DNA from: Planctomycetes bacterium HGW-Planctomycetes-1
GTDB taxonomy: Bacteria; Planctomycetota; Phycisphaerae; Sedimentisphaerales; UBA12454
Length of the DNA: 58,675 nucleotides
Assembly: GCA_002839495.1 (NCBI GenBank)
Contig: PGYD01000003.1
Location: forward strand, 1 to 58,675
Direction of reading: 5' to 3'
Shown here: positions 55,893-58,675 of the stretch, piece by piece
How positions within the stretch are numbered: the stretch's first letter is position 1
Layout of the letters: every line of letters begins with the position of its first letter
Program-made: the position numbers and the translations under genes
Notes under the pieces: generated by a model
The model's input: only the letters and a program-made list of their open reading frames with translations
What the model was told of the DNA's origin: nothing
Database searches by the model: none

Positions 55893-57842
55893 ATGACACA
55901 TAGAGTATTGCAATTAGCGGAACACGAAGTTGATGCATCCAAAACGCGTCAGAAACAGGTTCGGGTAAGTCTCGCTCTGGCAGGAACGCTGCTGGGCGGA
56001 ACGCTGCTTTTGAACAGCATTATCAGTCCGATTTTCTACGGCAAAGATTCGCAAATCAAGGAATTGCTCGCTATGTTCGCGGCGGTATTGCTCGGAACGC
56101 CTGTTATTATTCATTCGATTAAAGGCGTTATCAGGGGCGAAATGCATATGGATGAGCTGGTGGCGCTGGCGATAGTAGCCGCATTTGCCACCGGAGATTA
56201 TGTCGCGGCAAGCGTTGTGGCATTCTTTTTGCTTTTGAGTGAACTTGTTGAAACAAGAACTGCGCTCGGGGCAAGGGCTGCGATTGAATTGCTTATCAAA
56301 CTTACCCCCACAAAGGCTTCGCTGCTCGACTCAGGCGGCGGCGAAAAAGAGGTCGATGTCAGCAGGTTGAAATGCGATGATATTATAAGGGTAAGGCCCG
56401 GCGACAACATCGCCGCCGACGGCGAAGTCGTGAAAGGGTTAAGCTCTATTAATGAAGCGACAATAACTGGAGAATCACTGCCTGTCGATAAAGTCCCCGG
56501 AATGCAGGTCTTTGCAGGAACGAACAATCTTACAGGTGTTCTTGATATTAAGGTTACAAGGGCCGGTAAAGATACGACGCTCGGAAAAGTGCAATCGCTT
56601 ATCCTGCAGGCCGAACATACGAAAATACCGATTATGCGTATAATCGACAGGTACGTAAAATGGTACATACCTTTGATATTGATGATTTCAGCGATAATAT
56701 GGTTCTTTACGCGGGATGTTAACCGCGCGATAGGTGCTTTGGTTGTTTCCTGTCCGTGCGCACTGATACTTGCGACGCCGACAGCAATGGTAGCGGCATT
56801 GTCCGCCTCGGCGAGGCTGGGCATCCTTATAAAGAAGGTCGCAGACCTCGAACTTGCCGGCAGAATTACCGCAATGGTATTCGATAAGACCGGAACCCTG
56901 ACGACAGGGCAGCTTTATGTTACCAAACTTACCCCTGCACAGGGAGTTGAGCCTGCGGAACTTTTGAAATTCGCCGCCTCGGCGGAACAAATGAGTAAAC
57001 ATCCTGCCGCAAGGGCACTGCAAATCGTAGCAAAAGAAGCGAACTTGTCGCTGGATACGCATAGCGAGTTTGCCGAAACGCCCGGAAAAGGTGTAAGAGC
57101 TTTAGTGAATGAAACGGAGGTATTTGTCGGACGGGATACTTTTCTTAAGGAAAATGGTATAGATACATCTGCTGTTCCGGACCCGGCATTGCACGAAGAG
57201 CAGGGATTCAGCACTTTATATGTCGGCAGGGACAAGAAATGTATCGGCTGGATAGGCTTGCAGGACAAGACCCGGCCGGAAGCAAGATATGCGGTCGAAC
57301 AGTTGTTGGAAACAGGTGTACGACGAGTAACGATGCTGACCGGAGACAGGGAAGAAGTAGCTAAAAGGGTTGCGACAGAACTCGGATGTACGGATGTAAA
57401 GGCAAAATGTCTGCCGCACGACAAACTCGCTATTGTCGAAAGAATGAAAGATGAAGGATTCGTTGTCGCGGTGGTCGGCGACGGAATAAATGACGCTCCG
57501 GCTCTTGCCAGCGGAGACCTCGGTATAGCGATGGGCGCCGCCGGTAGCGATGTCGCGATAAACTCGGCGTCGATAGCTCTTATGAGCAATGACCTTAAGA
57601 GGCTCCCGTTCCTCGTAAAACTTTCACGTAAAACCACGTCGATTATTAACCAGAATCTTTTGTTCGGAATTTTATTTATAATCCTCGGCGTTTCGGCCTC
57701 TGCAGCAGGCTGGCTGCCGCTGATTTACGCGGCTCTGCTGCACTTTGCCGGTTCGCTGGTTGTAGTATTCAATAGCGCAAGGCTTGTGCGGTATGGCGAA
57801 GAACTCGAACCGCATAGCTATACGCCGGCGGTAAATGTTTAG
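55893..57842 (+). CDS. P1B-type heavy-metal-translocating ATPase
   Basis: TGES, SCPCAL, DKTGTLT, HP, GDGINDAP. Confidence 0.93.
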   Translation: MTHRVLQLAEHEVDASKTRQKQVRVSLALAGTLLGGTLLLNSIISPIFYGKDSQIKELLAMFAAVLLGTPVIIHSIKGVIRGEMHMDELVALAIVAAFATGDYVAASVVAFFLLLSELVETRTALGARAAIELLIKLTPTKASLLDSGGGEKEVDVSRLKCDDIIRVRPGDNIAADGEVVKGLSSINEATITGESLPVDKVPGMQVFAGTNNLTGVLDIKVTRAGKDTTLGKVQSLILQAEHTKIPIMRIIDRYVKWYIPLILMISAIIWFFTRDVNRAIGALVVSCPCALILATPTAMVAALSASARLGILIKKVADLELAGRITAMVFDKTGTLTTGQLYVTKLTPAQGVEPAELLKFAASAEQMSKHPAARALQIVAKEANLSLDTHSEFAETPGKGVRALVNETEVFVGRDTFLKENGIDTSAVPDPALHEEQGFSTLYVGRDKKCIGWIGLQDKTRPEARYAVEQLLETGVRRVTMLTGDREEVAKRVATELGCTDVKAKCLPHDKLAIVERMKDEGFVVAVVGDGINDAPALASGDLGIAMGAAGSDVAINSASIALMSNDLKRLPFLVKLSRKTTSIINQNLLFGILFIILGVSASAAGWLPLIYAALLHFAGSLVVVFNSARLVRYGEELEPHSYTPAVNV

Positions 57843-57891
57843 TAAAGGATTACATCTCAAAATTTAATCTTGTTGATTTTAAGAGGGTCTA

Positions 57892-58675
57892 TTGGCAGCG
57901 GGAAATGGACAATTTGTAATAGAAACGTTTTCACTTACCAAAATTTTTGCGGACTGGTGGGGACGAAACAGAGTCGTTGCGGTCGATAATCTAAACCTCA
58001 AGGTCAGAAATAATCAGGTATTCGGACTTTTAGGGCCTAATGGGTCGGGAAAAACGACTATCCTGAAAATGCTGCTTGGACTCCTGCATCCTACAAAAGG
58101 AAGAGCGGTTGTGCTGGGCGGAGACGGCAGGGACCCAAAAATAACCTCGCAAATAGGATTCCTGCCGGAAGAGTCATATTTATATTCGTACCTGAATGCC
58201 AGAGAAACGCTGGATTTTTACGGCAGGCTGTTTGGCCTTAACAGCAGAATCAGAAAAGCAAGAGTCGATGCGCTTCTCGATATGGTCGGCCTGGCCGGAA
58301 TGGCAAACAGGCCTGTCGGGACATTCTCGAAAGGTATGGCAAGAAGAATAGGTCTGGCTCAGGCGCTTATAAACGACCCGAAACTGCTTATTCTCGACGA
58401 GCCGACGAGCGGACTGGACCCCATCGGCACAAGACAGATTAAAGACTTAATCGTCGAACTTGCAAGACGCGGCAAGACGGTTCTGCTGAGCAGTCATTTG
58501 CTGGCCGATGCCGAAGAGGTCTGCGACCGTGTCGTGATTCTTTATGGCGGACTGGTGCAGAGGGAAGGCAGTATCGAAGAACTTCTCGAAAGAAAAGACA
58601 AGACCCAGATTACCACGAATATTCTAACCGAAAGAGCGGTAGAGCAAATAAAACGGATAATTGAAAAAGACGGCG
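57892..58675 (+). CDS. ABC transporter ATP-binding protein (3'-truncated at window edge, absent from the ORF track)
   Basis: TTG start after GAGGG; GPNGSGKTT, FSKGMARR and LLILDEP read in frame. Confidence 0.9.
   Translation, partial: MAAGNGQFVIETFSLTKIFADWWGRNRVVAVDNLNLKVRNNQVFGLLGPNGSGKTTILKMLLGLLHPTKGRAVVLGGDGRDPKITSQIGFLPEESYLYSYLNARETLDFYGRLFGLNSRIRKARVDALLDMVGLAGMANRPVGTFSKGMARRIGLAQALINDPKLLILDEPTSGLDPIGTRQIKDLIVELARRGKTVLLSSHLLADAEEVCDRVVILYGGLVQREGSIEELLERKDKTQITTNILTERAVEQIKRIIEKDG

Overview
This is mostly core chromosome from a planctomycete, probably Phycisphaerae/Sedimentisphaerales-like. That assignment is inferred from the HYExAFE-family gene, the DFxxFAxxW dockerin-like repeats, the hpf-EIIA-HPr-EI cluster and the extended-ACP FAS cluster. 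Housekeeping genes include uvrB, nadC, birA, lpdA, PTS components, RNase E/G, kdsD/kdsC, etfBA with an acyl-CoA dehydrogenase, hisS, bioB, rsmD, cca, hisF, tadA, comEC, serS, argA and four tRNAs. The most interesting signals are: (1) two miniature inverted-repeat insertions with the architecture TRAA-YCCCG...CGGGR-TRAA, one in frame inside rsmD and one splitting a GTGA stop/start overlap while rebuilding the bioB RBS and start codon; (2) a type II PKS/FAS-like cluster with an active KS, a Cys->Glu CLF-like KS, an extended ACP and two FabZ paralogues with complementary loss of the catalytic His and Glu; (3) two 5+5 inverted octamer arrays; (4) a membrane-anchored PilB-like pseudo-ATPase paired with a PilT lacking its His box; (5) an HflK-HflC-HflK-P1B ATPase operon with no ftsH; (6) a secreted dockerin-repeat protein next to a frameshifted Zn-PLC/S1-P1-like effector; (7) an RHS toxin tip with no adjacent immunity gene, several unannotated small ORFs and a probable AUA start codon. 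All family assignments come from reading motifs; no database searches were run.
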